Shown here in pieces: positions 31,601 to 50,765 of a stretch of DNA of 64,000 nt. The notes under the pieces are model-generated. The model searched no databases, was not told the origin of the DNA, and saw only the letters and a list, made by a program, of their open reading frames with translations. The translations under genes were made by a program, and so were the position numbers. Numbering within the stretch: position 1 is the first letter of the stretch; every line of letters starts with the position of its first letter. The DNA is from the human T2T-CHM13v2.0 reference genome, Homo sapiens: assembly GCF_009914755.1 (NCBI RefSeq), contig NC_060936.1. The stretch is one strand, 5' to 3'.

Positions 31601-33896
31601 TGAAGTGATCCACCTGCCTCGGCCTCCCAAAGTGCTGGGATTACAGGTGTGAGCCACCGCACCCAGGCAGGATCATAGACTTGCTTAATATCTGCCCCTC
31701 CCACTAAAGTCTCGCACAGTGCCTGGCAGAGTAGGCCCTCCTAACAGTTGTGCTGCACACCGTGCTGGGCATCATCTCACCCATTCAGTCTTCATCAGAG
31801 ACCCAGGAGGTTGGCACAATTGTTTCCACTTCACAGATGAGAAAACTGAGGCACAGAGAGGCAAAGTGGCTTGCCCAGGAGCACACAGCCCACCACTGAG
31901 AAGTGGCTCCAAACTCAGCTCCGCCTGAAAGTTACTCGCTGAAGCTCCTGAGGAAACTGCCCAACTGGGCAGGGGCAGCCTCCATTTCCTGTCCTCTCAC
32001 TATCTTCCTGCCCTCCCTCCTCCCTGTCCTCGGGGTCAGCTAGGGAGGATGCAGGGAGTCACCCCATCTCCCTGATGGCAGAGTGAGTCAGCAAGGTGGG
32101 TCCCCCAAATCTGGCCTCCAAAATCACATTACTGTGCAGTCTGTCTCGCTCTGCCCTCCCCGAGCTGCACAGCCCTCCCCCAGGTCCCTCAGGACCCCTC
32201 CCCAGCTCTCTGCTCAAGAGAGACAGAGTAAGGTGGGATTGCTCTGCGTCTGGGGGAGGGAAGGAGTGACTTCACTTCCTTCCAGTCCTTCCCACCCTCT
32301 TTCCTATGTCACTAACTCAGTCCCAGGAAACCCAAAGAGGTGCACACAGAGGTCAGGCTGGACAGGAAAGGGTAACCAACTCAATACCTTGGAATTCTTA
32401 TAAAAACTTACATCAGATCACATCCTCTTGTGCTCTAAAGCCTCCCATGGCTCCCACCTTCCTCCCACTGACAGCCAAGTCTACAGTGGTCCCCAGGGCC
32501 CCTGTTCTCTCCTGCCTGGTCTCCCTTCCTTCTCCCTTGCTCACTGTTCCAGCCACTTTGCAAAATCTGTCATTCTGCTCCTGCCCCAGGGCCTTTGCAT
32601 CTACTGTTCCCTCACTTCCCCTGGATCTTCATAAGCCATTCAGGTCTCAGTCTAAATGTCATGTCCTCAGAGAGGCCTTCCATGATAGCCTAAGCAAAGC
32701 AGCACCCCCCTCCCCCTCACCCTGTGGAATGATTTGTCAACTTGCTTCTCATCCATGACCCCACTAGAGTATAAGCTCCAGGGGGGCAGGGACCAGGCTC
32801 TCTGCTTCCTGCTATCCCCTCAGCACATGGCACAGGCCCTGGCACATAGTAGGTGCTCAATAACTATTTGTTGCATTAATGACTACTTGAAAAGGACCTA
32901 AGGTAAGGGGCTGGGGGGGCCTTTCCCAGCCTGCAGGCTCCCTGGATGGTGGGGACTTCCAGAAAGGCAGCTGCCCCATCTGTCCTGTGAGGCGGTGGAC
33001 TAGAGGGGAAGGGGATGGATTTAGCATGAAGCAGCCAAGGGTTCTCATCCTGGCTCTGCCACTTTCCTCCTGGCCACCTTCACCTCCCTGAACCTTGGAG
33101 TCTTCATCTATAGCACAGAGATAATCACTCCCACCTCACGGGGTTTGGGGGAGGACTTGTGGGCACAAGGCTGATCTAAGTGCTCAATAACTTGGAGAGA
33201 TTATCTGGCACAATTATCTGGTATGATCTCCCAGTTTTCCTGCCCCCAAGGAGCACGCTCCAAGAGGGGGTACTCAATTTTATAACCACAGTAACCACAA
33301 ACCACTTTCCCATCTGTAAAATGGGCTTAATTGCCTGTTGCCTGTTTCACAGGGTGGACTTGAAGGCACTTTGCAGCCTCATAAAGTTGCTGTGGGCATT
33401 GAATGCTCTCAGCCCATCAGTTTGAGTTTGGGATTCCTGCTGAAGAAATGGTGAGAACTCCAGTCCCTGGCAGCTACAGGGCACTCCAGGGGGTCATCTT
33501 GAGCAGTCCTCTGCTTTTGTTCCTTCACTCCAGATCTGCTGTGACCTCCTCTTCTCCCCTTACAGACATCAGAGCGGAAAGATGCAAGTTCTCTGTAGCC
33601 TGTCTCAACAGGCTGTGCCCTCCCTGCCCTGGGAGGAAGGCCTCTTGCCTCTAACTCCAGCGTCGTCATTGGTCCTCCCTCAGTGCTCCCCATTCAAATC
33701 ACAGCACCAGCACACCCTCAGCTGATCAGGCCAGGAACCTGGAGCCATCCACAACTCCTCTCTTTCTCCCACCACTGGGAGAAAGAGAGAGGGTGGGAGT
33801 TCAATACCAGCCTGGCCAACATGGTGAAACCCTGTTTCTACTAAAAATACAAAAAAATTAGCCAGGTGTGGTGGTGTGCACCTGTAATCCCAACTA

Positions 33897-34444
<548 letters not shown>

Positions 34445-35340
34445 GATTTTGGGACCCTCTGCTTAAAACCTTCCATTGGCTCCCCACTATCGCAAAACAA
34501 TTCTCACCTCCTAGCCGCAGCCTGTAAGGCCTTTTGTAATCTGCCCGCCATTACCTCTCCATCCTCCTCTCTTAGCATTCTTCCCCTCACTTGCTCTGTT
34601 CCATCCATTCTAGCCTCCCTGCTGTTACGGGAACACACTAAGCTTGTTCCTGCTCCAGAATCTTTGTACTTGCTGTTCCCTTTGCCCAGAATGCTCTTCC
34701 CCGGGGTGTCAATGTAGGTGGTTTCCTCTCTCCATTCGCTGGCTTGCCTCAAATATCACCCCCTCACAGAAGCCATCTGTGACCACCCAATCTGAAATAG
34801 TTGGAAAAGCTCACGCCCTCCCCCATACCACTTTAGCTATTGTGTGCGGGGCACTTAGCACATCGCCACCTGAAATGTATATGCTTACTTCTCTTTTTTT
34901 TGTTGTTGAGACAGAGTCTTGCTTCGCCGCCCAGGCTGGAGTGCAGTGGTACAATCCTGGCTCACTGCAACATCCACCTCACGGTTTCAAGCAATTCTCC
35001 TGCCTCAGGGTTCTGATGATTACAGGCACCTGCCACCATGCCCAGCTAATTTTTGTATTTTTAGTAGATACGGGGTTTTGACACGATGGCCAGGCTGGTC
35101 TCCAGCTCCTGGCCTCAAGTGATCCTCCTGCCTTGGCCTCCCAAAGTGTATAAGTTTACTTCTTGATCTGTCTGTTCAGGAGACTGTCAGCTTCTTGAGA
35201 GTAGTGAATTTTGTCTCTATTGTTCCCCGGTATATCCCAGGCTGCGGTCAGTGCCTGGCACATAGTAGATGCTCAATAGATATTTATCGATTGGAGGAAC
35301 ACAGCCCCACTCAACCCCAGGTTCCTACCGGGATACTCAC

Positions 35341-35496
35341 GTCTACCACGGGGGTCTGGTTCACACCTGAAGCTGGAAACTGGGGGCTAATGTGAGCTCC
35401 TGTAGACGAGCCCCTAGTCCCAGACACTGTCTCCGCCATTAGCAGCACACAAAGCACACTCAGTGCCCAGCGCAGATTCAGCCTTCTGCCGGCCAT
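35341..35496 (-). CDS. SLC8B1: SLC8B1 first coding segment (exon 2, 35341-35578): MAGRRLNLRW...QTPVVD
   Basis: Acceptor cttgcag|GCC at 35578; ATG at 35496; donor GAC|gtgagt; 52 aa of the NCLX N-terminus. All coding exons sum to 1755 nt. Confidence 0.96.
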
Positions 35497-36111
35497 CTGC
35501 CCCCACGGGGCCTGGCCCTTACTCTCCACTTCCCTTTCTGCAGTAGCTCAGTTCCAAACAGCTGGCGGCTCCGGTGGCCTGCAAGGTGGGAGTGAGAAAG
35601 GGGGACAACATTACTGAAAACCCATGGACACAGCAAAAGGGGCTGGAAGACTCTAGTTAAGGAACTGCCTTCCTGCCTCCCGGCAGCAAAGTTAAGCTGA
35701 CGGAGAAACCATGTTCTGCACAGTCTCGCTGGAGGGGCCCAAGGCCCTGCCCATTCAGCGTGCAGATCAGATACGCCCTTCTTCCTGAGAACCCATGAAA
35801 ACCTACCCAGTCCCACCTGGCCCCCAGCCTGAGGCCAGAATGCCAGGGCTGCAAGGGACTTGGGACTTGAGCCAAGATTCAGAGTCTCAGGCTTCTGGGG
35901 CAGGTGGGTGAGATACATGTGGGAAGTGGGCAGTGGGCGGGATTGCAGAAGCCCTCAAAACAAAACAAAACAAACTCTACTTCTAGGGGTGGACTTGGCC
36001 TCTGGGCCACCAGTTTGAGACGTAGAGAGGCTTGCCCACCACATTTTACAGAGCCCACTAAGCAATGCTGTTGTTCTGTGTCTTACAAGGAGCCAAGCTT
36101 TACATGGATGA

Positions 36112-36741
<630 letters not shown>

Positions 36742-37399
36742 TAGCAGTGGGGCCGGGCTGGTCACCACCATGTGCCTCTTCCCTCAAGACCAGGGCCAAA
36801 ATGGCTTCAATATATTTCAAAGGAATTAAACTGGAAAAACAAAAGTCCTCAGCAAACTAAATTTCCTGTTTTGGCTTTTTCATGTGTTCTACGATGAGTA
36901 TGTCTTATTTTTGCAATCAGGAAACCAAACCCCATAAAAACGTTTTTTTCTTTAAGTCTGCGCAGGTGTTTCTCAATGTACTGGCAGCCTGAGGGGAGGG
37001 AGAGGAGGTAGGGAGGGGAAGAGAGGTCAGAAAGGCGCCTGTCCCAGCCAGGTTCCTTACCTGTCCACGGAAGACACGGCCCTTCCTCTTCTATGGTTCT
37101 CCCGAACCCCTCCAACTGGAGTCCGAGTTACTCTATTTGGCACCAAGTTCAAACAGGACACCCCTGGTTTCAAATTCGTCTCGGCCACTTACTATCTGTG
37201 TGGCCTTAAGGAAGTCACTTCACCTCTCTGGGCCTCTTATTCCTCATGTGTGAAATGGACACAAATGCTGGCCGACGCGGTATACAATAAGAGCTCAATA
37301 AATGTTCGCGTCCCTGATGTCCCCAACACCTGAAGATCAGCATGCGTCTCGTCTCTCTTTGCTGCCGATTTATTTTACTGATTCACTAGTGAGCATTTA

Positions 37400-37900
37400 T
37401 TGAGCGCCTTCTGTACGCGTGGGCCGATGCCCAGCGCTCGGATGGTCGCCGACCTGCTAAGGGACAGGGGCGGGAAATCGGGGCTGCGCTTCCCAGGAAA
37501 GAGACCTCAGGAACATCTCCGTGCTCCGTTTCCCGTCCGGACGGAGGCTGAGAAGTCGAACTCGGGGCGCCCGGGTCCTCCGGCCGTGCGGGGAGGCGGC
37601 TCTTTCTTACCTCGGGCCGGGCCTGGGACCAGCAAACTCCGAACCTCGACCTCGCAGGGCCTCGCAGCCTTCCAGGTCCCTGGCCGCCGGACCGACCTTG
37701 CGCCAGCGAAGCCGCCAGTCCGGGTGCCCCGCCTGCTGCAGCGTCCGGGCCCCTACTCTTCCCGTCCGGGCCCGCCCCGGCTCGCCCCGCCCCGGTCTCG
37801 GCCACGCCCTCAGGACACGCCCCCTCGGGGCTCGCCCCGCCCCTGCCCTTAAAGGTACAGCTCCCGGGGAGCTTCGTAGGGTCTTCCCACTCTCCACCGT
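37400..37900 (-). promoter_or_regulatory. SLC8B1: SLC8B1 CpG-island promoter with several GC boxes
   Basis: High CpG density; CCGCCC motifs clustered at 37770-37845. Confidence 0.85.
37611..37740 (-). other. SLC8B1: SLC8B1 non-coding first exon (TSS approximate)
   Basis: Strong donor GAG|gtaaga at 37611/37610, just downstream of the GC boxes. Confidence 0.7.
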
Positions 37901-38174
37901 CCTCTCCCTCCGCTTTGAAACTGAGATACAAGCCGATGGGTAAGGACTGCAGGAAGCCGGAGAGGGACATTTAGAGGGTGAAACTAGGAGGTTCATTTCC
38001 CGAGGGTAGAGGAACCAGAGGGTGTCAAGCTGCTCCTGGTAATGAATGGTGACAAAGAGGTTTGGGAAAATCCCAGGTGGAGAAAGCCCCACCCTGCCCA
38101 GGAAAGTTCTCGCGGTTTCACTGAAATCCTTCTGAGATCCTAATTGGGTTCAACATTCCCCTCTAGTAGCATAG

Positions 38175-38372
<198 letters not shown>

Positions 38373-38587
38373 TAAAATGTTCTTACTATGTTGGTCAAAC
38401 TGGTCACGAACTCCTGGGCTTATATAATCCTCCCGCCTCAGCCTCCCACGTAGCTGAGACCACAGGTGTGTGCCACCAAACCAGGCTAGTTTTTAAAATT
38501 TTTTATAGAGACGAGGTCTCTATATGTTGCCCAAGTTGGTCTCAAACTCCTGGTCTCAAGCGATCCTTCTGCCTCTGCCTCCCAAAG

Positions 38588-39143
38588 TGTCAGAGCTGTG
38601 TAAACCAGAGCAACTCCATCTCGAGTGGGGCTGGGTAAAATGAGGCTGAGACCTACTGGGCTGCATTCCCAGACGGTTAAGGCATTCTAAGTCACAGGTT
38701 GAGATAGAAGGTGGGCACAAGATACAGGTTATCATAAAGACCTTGCTGATAAAACAGGTTGCAGTAAAGGAGCCAGCCCAAACCCACCAAAACCAAGATG
38801 GTGACAAGAATGACCTCTGGTTGTCCTCACTGCTGCACTCCCATCAGCGCCATGGCAGTTTACAAATGCCATGGCAACGTCAGGAAGTTACCCTATATGG
38901 TCTAAAAAGGGGAAACATAGATAATCCACCCCTTGTTTAGCATATCATCAAGAAATAACCATAAAAATGGGCAACCAGCAGCCCTCAGGGCTGTTCTGCC
39001 TATGGAGTAGCCATTCTTTTATTCCTTTACTTTCTCAATAAACTTGCTTTCACTTTACTCTATGGAATCACCCTGAATTCGTTCTTGCGCGAGATCCAAG
39101 AACCCTATCTTAGGGTCTGGATCAGGACCCCTTTCCTGTAACA
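38588..39143 (+). mobile_element. Full-length ERV1 solo LTR, MER41A-like, inserted in an old minus-strand Alu (38176-39182)
   Basis: TGTCAGAG...TGTAACA, 556 bp; 4-bp TSD AAAG; the Alu reads through once the LTR is removed. Confidence 0.88.
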
Positions 39144-39231
39144 AAAGTGCTTGGATTACAGGTGTGAGCCACCATGCCCACCTTTTTATCTAATATTTAA
39201 AATTTGTATTTAATTTTTTCCCTTTTCTTTT

Positions 39232-39284
39232 TGCTAATCTCTGTATTGTTCCAATTTTAGTATATGTGCTGCCGAAGGGGGCAC
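39232..39284 (-). pseudogene. 3'-truncated U6 snRNA retrocopy
   Basis: Minus strand GTGCCCCCTTCGGCAGCACATATACTAAAATTGGAACAATACAGAGATTAGCA matches U6 nt ~1-56 with 3 substitutions and a 3-nt deletion; A-rich tail follows. Confidence 0.92.
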
Positions 39285-40094
39285 ATAGCATCGTTTTTAA
39301 AAGAAGGTGGCAAACAAATCAAGACCGAGGAGTTAGTGATCTGCTGATGGATGTACCAGTATCTCCCCCTATTTCCAGTTTCCCAGCCTCCTGGGGAAGC
39401 TCTGTTCATCCTGCCTTTTCTTCTGTTGGGGGGATGGGGGAATGGGAGGAGGCAGGCATGGGGCCTGGACCTGGGGTCCTTAAGGCTGGAGTGTGTCCTC
39501 CCAGGCCACTCCTGCCTGCAGCCCCACTTCTGCCATTAGCATGCATCTAGTCACCCCATCTCTTATCCTTACGGTAGGACCTGCTTCCTCGTCATGGGCA
39601 GGACCCAGGCCCAACGCCAAGCCTGGCATTCAAGGCCCTTCAGCATCCAGCCCTAGCACACCTTTCTGAAATCGTCTTTCACCCCTACCTCCACCTCCTG
39701 CCCAGTAGTGCTCCCTGTTCCCTGAACGTATCGGCCTCTTGCTCACAGCCACCTGCCTCTGCTCCTTCCGAGCCCCCTGCCCTGATGACACCCTATCTCT
39801 TTTCCACCTGACAAACTCTTACTCATGTTGTCAGGCTCAGCTCAGAGGTCACCGCCACTAGGGGGTCTTCCACCCTCCCCCCAACCCCTCCACATGGCCA
39901 CAGGGCTCCCCACCTTCAGAGCACACCTCTAATTCCCACCTCTGGGCAGGTGACATTGTGATCTGGAGCATGATGTGTTTGGAATCGCAGAACATCAGGT
40001 TTCTGTAGGACCTTCTATAAACACTTAGAGCCTCTCTTTGAGCCTCAGTTTCCCCCTTGGTGAAATGGGAGTGATACTAGTACCAACCTCCTGA

Positions 40095-40404
<310 letters not shown>

Positions 40405-40645
40405 TAGCTGAAATAGGACACTGTGAAGAGCCCCAAACCCCATGCTGGATGCTGAGTCAACACTCCCTCAGTGGAAGGGTTTGTTGTCCCCATTAATTAT
40501 TCCATTGTTGGCTGGGCGTGGTGGTTCGCACCTGTAATCCCAGCACTTTGGGAGGCTGAGGTGGGCAGATCACCCGAAGTCAGGAGTTCAACACCAGCCT
40601 GGCCAACATGGCAAAAACCCGTCTCTACTAAAAATACAAAAATTA

Positions 40646-40931
<286 letters not shown>

Positions 40932-41754
40932 TCACAGTAGTGTCTGTGTGTCACAATCTCCAAGCCTGCTCCGGGGTCATCCTACTCCGGGGTCAGCTTT
41001 TCCCCAGGTCATCTGCTGCTTGAGAAGTAACTCCAGAATTGCTGAGTTTGAAGTCCTCCTTCCCCAAGGGGCCTGACCCTGGTAGCTAGGGTGAGGCTTA
41101 GATATCACCATTCTAGGTCAGCAGAGCAGGTGGGTTACTACCTCCCTGTCTCCCAGGACTGGGGTAGAGCAGGAAGCAAGGGGTGTTGGGGGAGAGTATG
41201 AGTATCTGTTGAGAGACTCCTGGAAAGATCCAGGCGGGGAGAGGAACCCCTGGGGACAGAGAAGAAAGATAGATGGGGCCTGGGATAGCCCCTGGTTCAC
41301 CCCTGCTCTGGTAGACAGTGGTTAGGGTTAGGGCCTATTCCCCAGGCTGAGAAAGGCCATTTTGACATGTTAGGAGCAGACTTAGAAGTCATCCAGATCC
41401 GAGCTCAAATCCCAGCTCTGCCATTTACTGGCTATTTGGCCCTGGACCAGTTATTTTGTCTTTTTGAGTCTCAGTTCCTTACCTGGAAAATGGGGATGAA
41501 AACAGCACCTATAGGGCCCACTCATCAGGCTATAGTGAGGATTGAGATTTTATATGTCGGCTGGGCACAGTGGTTCACACCTGTAATTCAGCACTTTGGG
41601 AGGCTGAAGTGGGAGGATTGCTTGAGGCCAGGAGTTCGAGACCAGCCTGGGCAACATAGCAAGACCCTGTCTCTACTATTATAATTTTAAAGAACAAGGA
41701 GATTATATAATAAAACCCATAGCATAGTGCCTGGCACTTGTTAAAGTTGAATAA

Positions 41755-41985
<231 letters not shown>

Positions 41986-42252
41986 TAGCCAGGATGGTCT
42001 TGATCTCCTGACCTCGTGATCCGCCTGCCTCGGCCTCCCAAAGTGCTGTGATTACAGGCATGAGTCACCATGCCTGGCCAAGCTGCTATTATTATTATTT
42101 ATTATTATTACTGAAGGTAAAAGGACCTGACACAATGTCTGGCAGAGAGTAGATTAAATGTCGATTTACCACTTGAGCCCGGAAGGTCGAGGCTGCAATG
42201 AACTACGATTGTGCCCTTTCACTCCAGCCTGGGTGATAGAGCAAGACTCCCT

Positions 42253-42283
<31 letters not shown>

Positions 42284-42453
42284 GAGAAGGATTTTGTGCT
42301 TGTATCAGTTACCTATTGCTGCATAACAAAACATGCCAAAATTTAGAGGCCTAATACAATAGCATTTCATTATCTGTCAGGGTTTCCATGGGTCAAGAAT
42401 TTGGGAAGTCAGGAGGCCAGGGCAGGAGGATTGCTTGGCCTTAAAACAACTCA

Positions 42454-42738
<285 letters not shown>

Positions 42739-44779
42739 TCAAAAACAAACAACAACAACAAAAACAACATAGGGAGATCTTGTCTCTTATATACTTAAAA
42801 AAAAAAGGAGGGAAGGGCTCAGCTAGGCAGTTCTGGCACAAGTCTCTCCTTTGGTTGCCCAGATGTTTCTCATTCTTCCTGTCGCCTCAGGGCTTCTGCA
42901 TGGGATTGTTCCATGCAAGCCGGTTTCTGGGTTTCCTTAGAGCATGGCCGTCCCAGGGCAGACATACTGCTTACATGGCATCTCAGGGTGCCAGTGCTGG
43001 GGTTCCAGGCATCAAAGCAGAAGCTGTATTGCCCTGTATTACTTCATTGTGGAAATGACACTGTGCCACTTCTTGTCACTTCTACCATCTTCACAGGCCC
43101 ACCCAGATTCAAAGAGAGGAAATGTAGACCACTCCTCCCACCCCCCAGTGGGAGGTTTGTCAAAGTCACATCATAAGAAGAGCATATAAGGCTGGGTGAG
43201 TGGCTTATGCCTGTAATCCCAGCACTTTGGGAAGTCAAGGTGAAGGGATCACTTGAGGCCAGGAGTTCGAGACCAGCCTGGGCAACATACCAGCACCCCC
43301 ATCTTGACAATAAATACAAAAATTAGCCAGGCATAGTGGCACTCACCTGTGATCTCAGCTACTCAGAAGGCTGAGGTGGGAGGATCGCTTGAGCCCAGGA
43401 GTAAGGCTGCAGGGAGCTATGATTCTGCCACTGCACTCCAGCCTGGGTGACAAAGCAAGATCCCAAATACAATCTCCCTCCATGCCTTCCTCTACAGAGG
43501 TGACCAATGGTGGGATGTTAGGCAGCATGATGGGCAGCAGAGGGGAGCTGTATTTAGGGGGTAGGAAGAGCAAGGACCCTCAAATCCCATTGGGTGGACA
43601 TTTTCCTTCAGCATCACATGTGGGCTGATCGTGTCCTCAGAATCTTTGAACAAACCCCAAACCAATAAAAAGTAAATTACTATTTGTGTTTTGTTTGTTT
43701 GTGACAGAGTCTTGCTCTGTCACCTAGACTAGAGGGCAGTGGCACAATCTTGGCTCACTGCAACCTCTGCTTCTCAGGTTCAAACAATTCTTGTGCCTCA
43801 GCCACCTGAGTACCTGGGACTACAGGCGCTTGCCATCATGCCTGGCTAATTTTTGTATTTTTAGTAGAGATGGGGTTTCGCCATGTTGGCCAGGCTGGTC
43901 TCGAACTCCTGGCCTCAAGCAATCTGCTCGCCTTAACCTCCCAAAGTGCTGGGATTACAGGTGTGAGCCACTGCCCCGGCTGTAAATAACTGTTGAAGAC
44001 TTAACATTTATTTTGAGTATGCACATGTTTGTCTCATTTAATAGACCAATGGGGTGAGAGCTACAATAATCTCCAGTTCACAGACGGGAAATTGAGGTTC
44101 AGGGAGATGAAATGGCCTGCCCCAGAGGCACCCACTGAGAAATGGCAGAGACTGGATTTGTACCCAGGTCTGAGTGATCCCAACTGAGTCCCCCTCACCA
44201 CCACAAGGAGAGTGCCCTGCTGCACCTGAAGGTAAGGCCAGATCTGCCCGACACTTGGCATCCTGTTTAGGAGGCCCAGGGTGCGGGTGGCAGCTCTGGG
44301 CACAACACAATTGCCTGGGGACATTGTGAGCAGAAGTAGTGTGGCTTCATGGGGAACTCAAAAGAGGAAAGAGAGAGAATCAGAACTTTCAGTGTTAGTC
44401 TAAGAGGCCCAGAGACTTGGAAGGTTCCTTAAGACAGCACGAGTCTCACCTCCAACCAATACTTGTTCTCTCCCAATCACGGCAGCTCTGGAAAACCTTC
44501 ATGCAGCACCTGCTCGAAAGCCCCTGGAGACAGGGTGCTCGTTACCTCTCAGGGCAGCCCAACTAACAGCAGCACACAGGAGAAGTTGTGAGGGAGTTTT
44601 TCATTGTCATTGCCTGCAGGCATCTCCATTGGAATAATCTTCCTGGAGAGTGACTTAGCCATTGGGTGCCATGGCTCACACCTGTGATTCCAGCACTTCG
44701 GGAGGCCAAGGCTGGAGGATTGCTTGTGCCCAGGAGTTCGAGACCAGCCTGGGCAACAGAATAAGACTGCTCTCTATCA

Positions 44780-44945
44780 GAGAAAGAAAGAAAGAGAGAG
44801 AGAGAGAAAGAAAGAAAAAGAAAAAGAGAAAGAAAGGAAAGAAAGAAGAAAAAGAAAGAAAGGGAAAGAAAGAGAGGGAGGGAGGGAAGGCAGGAAGGAA
44901 GGAAGGAAGGAAAGGAGGGAGGGAGGGAGGGAGGGAGGGAAGAAA
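44780..44945 (+). repeat. Purine-rich (GAAA/GGAA/GGGA)n tract at an Alu monomer tail
   Basis: Direct inspection. Confidence 0.92.
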
Positions 44946-44999
44946 GTGACTTGGCAATTGATAAATGTCAATCTTTTTTTTTTTTTTTTTTTTTTTTGA

Positions 45000-45280
<281 letters not shown>

Positions 45281-45606
45281 TAAATGTCAATCTTAAGAGC
45301 CTTGAAAACACATGTACCCTTTGCACCACCAATGTTGCTCTGGAGCTTTTCTAAAGTAAAGAAGAGAAGACTTGAGCATCAGCATGTTTACTACAGTGAT
45401 CTTCACAATTGTGCAACAGTTGAAAACAGCATAGGTGTTCAACAACAGGGGATTAAGCAAATAGTTCACGAGGCCTCCTATGAAATATTTTGCTATGCAG
45501 ACATTTAACACCCTGTTTCAATGACATTAAAACTACACAAAGTGGCTGGGCGCAGTGGCTCATGCCTGTAATCCCAACACTTTGGGAGGCTGAGGAGAGT
45601 GAATCA

Positions 45607-45849
<243 letters not shown>

Positions 45850-46232
45850 TTAGCCAGGTGTGGTGGTGCATGCCTGTAATCCCAGCTATTCTGGAGGCTG
45901 AGACAGGAGAATCACCTGAACCCAGGAGGTTGCAGTGAGCCAAGATCACACCACTGTACTCCAGCCTGGGCGACAGAGCAAGACTCTGTCTCAAAAACAA
46001 ACAAACAAACAAAAAACCAACCAACAAACAAACTACATAAAGAGGCCGGGTGCAGTGGCACAAGCCTATAGTCCCAGCTTACTAGGGAGGCTGAAGGAGG
46101 AGGATAGATTGAGCCCAAGAGTTCAAGATCAGTCAGGGCAAAATCTTGAGACCTGCATCTCTTAAAAAAACTACACAAAGTATATATAATAAATAAAAAA
46201 ACAGATTTGACACTCATTTATAAGTATAATCC

Positions 46233-46267
<35 letters not shown>

Positions 46268-46608
46268 ATATGTTTACTTTTCTTTTATCTTTTATTTTTT
46301 TGAGAGAACGCCTCAAGCCTCCCAAGCCAACCTCCTACCTCAGCCTCCCAGGTAGCTGGAATTACAGGTGCACGCCACTATGCCTGGCTAATTTTTTTGT
46401 ATTTTTAGTAGAGATGGGGTTTCATCATGTTGGCCAGGCTGGTCTCGAACTCCTGACCTCAAAGTGATCCACCTGCCTTCGCCTCCCAAAATGCTGGGAT
46501 TACAGGAGTGAGCCACCACGCCTGGCCCCTAAGTGTATATTTTAAACATATATTTATATCTGTGTGGGAAACAGTCTAGAAAAATATATGTGGAATCAGT
46601 TTTCTCTA

Positions 46609-46869
<261 letters not shown>

Positions 46870-46965
46870 TCAAACCCGAGCGACTCTGACTCTTAAAAAA
46901 CATTTTTTTAATAGTCTGAAAACCACATTATTCAACATAAATAAATAAATCCTGCCCTCTACCCC

Positions 46966-48196
<1,231 letters not shown>

Positions 48197-48226
48197 AGGT
48201 ATTTTTTTTTTTAATTTTGTATTTGA

Positions 48227-48918
<692 letters not shown>

Positions 48919-49330
48919 TTAAGTCTTTGGATGAGCTCAACCCAGGTTCACTACTCACTTCAGTTTGACCTTGGGCAAGTCACATGTCTTCTCCGTCCAT
49001 CTTTAAATGGGACTAGGGATTTCCTGGGTCTCTCCGGTTGTTGTGAAGATTAAATGAGGAAGTACACGTAAGGTCCTGGGACACATACATGCTCAATAGC
49101 TAGAGGTTAGATATTGTTCTCAGGGGTGGAACCTACAGGAACACAGATTGCTCAGTGGTCAGATGCAGCACACCCTGGGTGACTGGTCACATATGAGGCA
49201 CAGCAATGTCCACAGAGGGTCATATGATCTGAAGGAAGGGAGGGTCAAAGGCCATGCACTGGGGCAATGCTGTTACAGCAGTGGGACCCACTTAGCACTG
49301 AGTGGGTGGTTGCTGACGTGGGTCTGCATG

Positions 49331-49692
49331 TGATACGGTTTGGCTGTGTCCCCACCCAAAATCTCATCTTGAATGGTAATCCCCGTAATCCCCATATGTC
49401 AAAGGAGAGACCAGGTGGAGGTGATTGAATCATGGGGGGTGGTTCCCCCATACTGTTCTCATGATAGTGAGTGAGTTCTCATGGGACCTGATGGTTTTAT
49501 AAGTGTTTGGTAGATCCTCCTGCATTCATTTCTCCTTCCTGCCACCCTGTGAAGAGGTGCCTTCTGCCATGATTGTAAGTTTCCTGAGGCCTCCCCAGCC
49601 ATGCCGAACTGCGAGTCAATTAAACCTCTTTTCTTTATAAATTACTCAGTCTCTGGCAGTTCTTTATAACAGTATGAAAATGGACTAATACA
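49331..49692 (+). mobile_element. THE1 (MaLR) solo LTR
   Basis: TGATACGGTTTGGCTGTGTCCCCACCCAAAATCTCATC...GGACTAATACA, 362 bp. Confidence 0.9.
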
Positions 49693-50033
49693 GGGTGCTT
49701 TCTGCCTGGGGAGCTCTATCTTTTCAGCCTGCCTGGTGGCCTTGGATGGTAGGGACCTCAAAAACTGGCTGGAAGTGGGGGGTGGCCCCTGGACAGGGGC
49801 TGGGGAAAGGAGGTAGACAGACCAAGATACTGAGATGTGAAGTCTGCCCTTTGTCTGTGACTGCAAGCATGCTGAAGGTCTAAGGAGGTGGCACTAGGGG
49901 CCAGTGTGGAGAGGCTTTCATTTCTTCCAGGCTCAGCGAGGGAAGGTCGCTTTCCTAAGGTCACACAGCCAGCAAATAGTGGAGCTGGATTTAGAACTCA
50001 ATTCTGTCTGACTCCACAACTCCATGCTCCTGC

Positions 50034-50765
<732 letters not shown>

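Noticed and set aside
37386-38092. Overlapping 140-194 aa ORFs on both strands
   Set aside because: Stop-poor GC-rich CpG island; Pro/Gly/Arg-rich with no recognisable domain
39232-39284. Functional U6 snRNA gene
   Set aside because: Only the 5' half is present, with a deletion just after ACAGAGA, an A-rich tail and no evident PSE/TATA promoter
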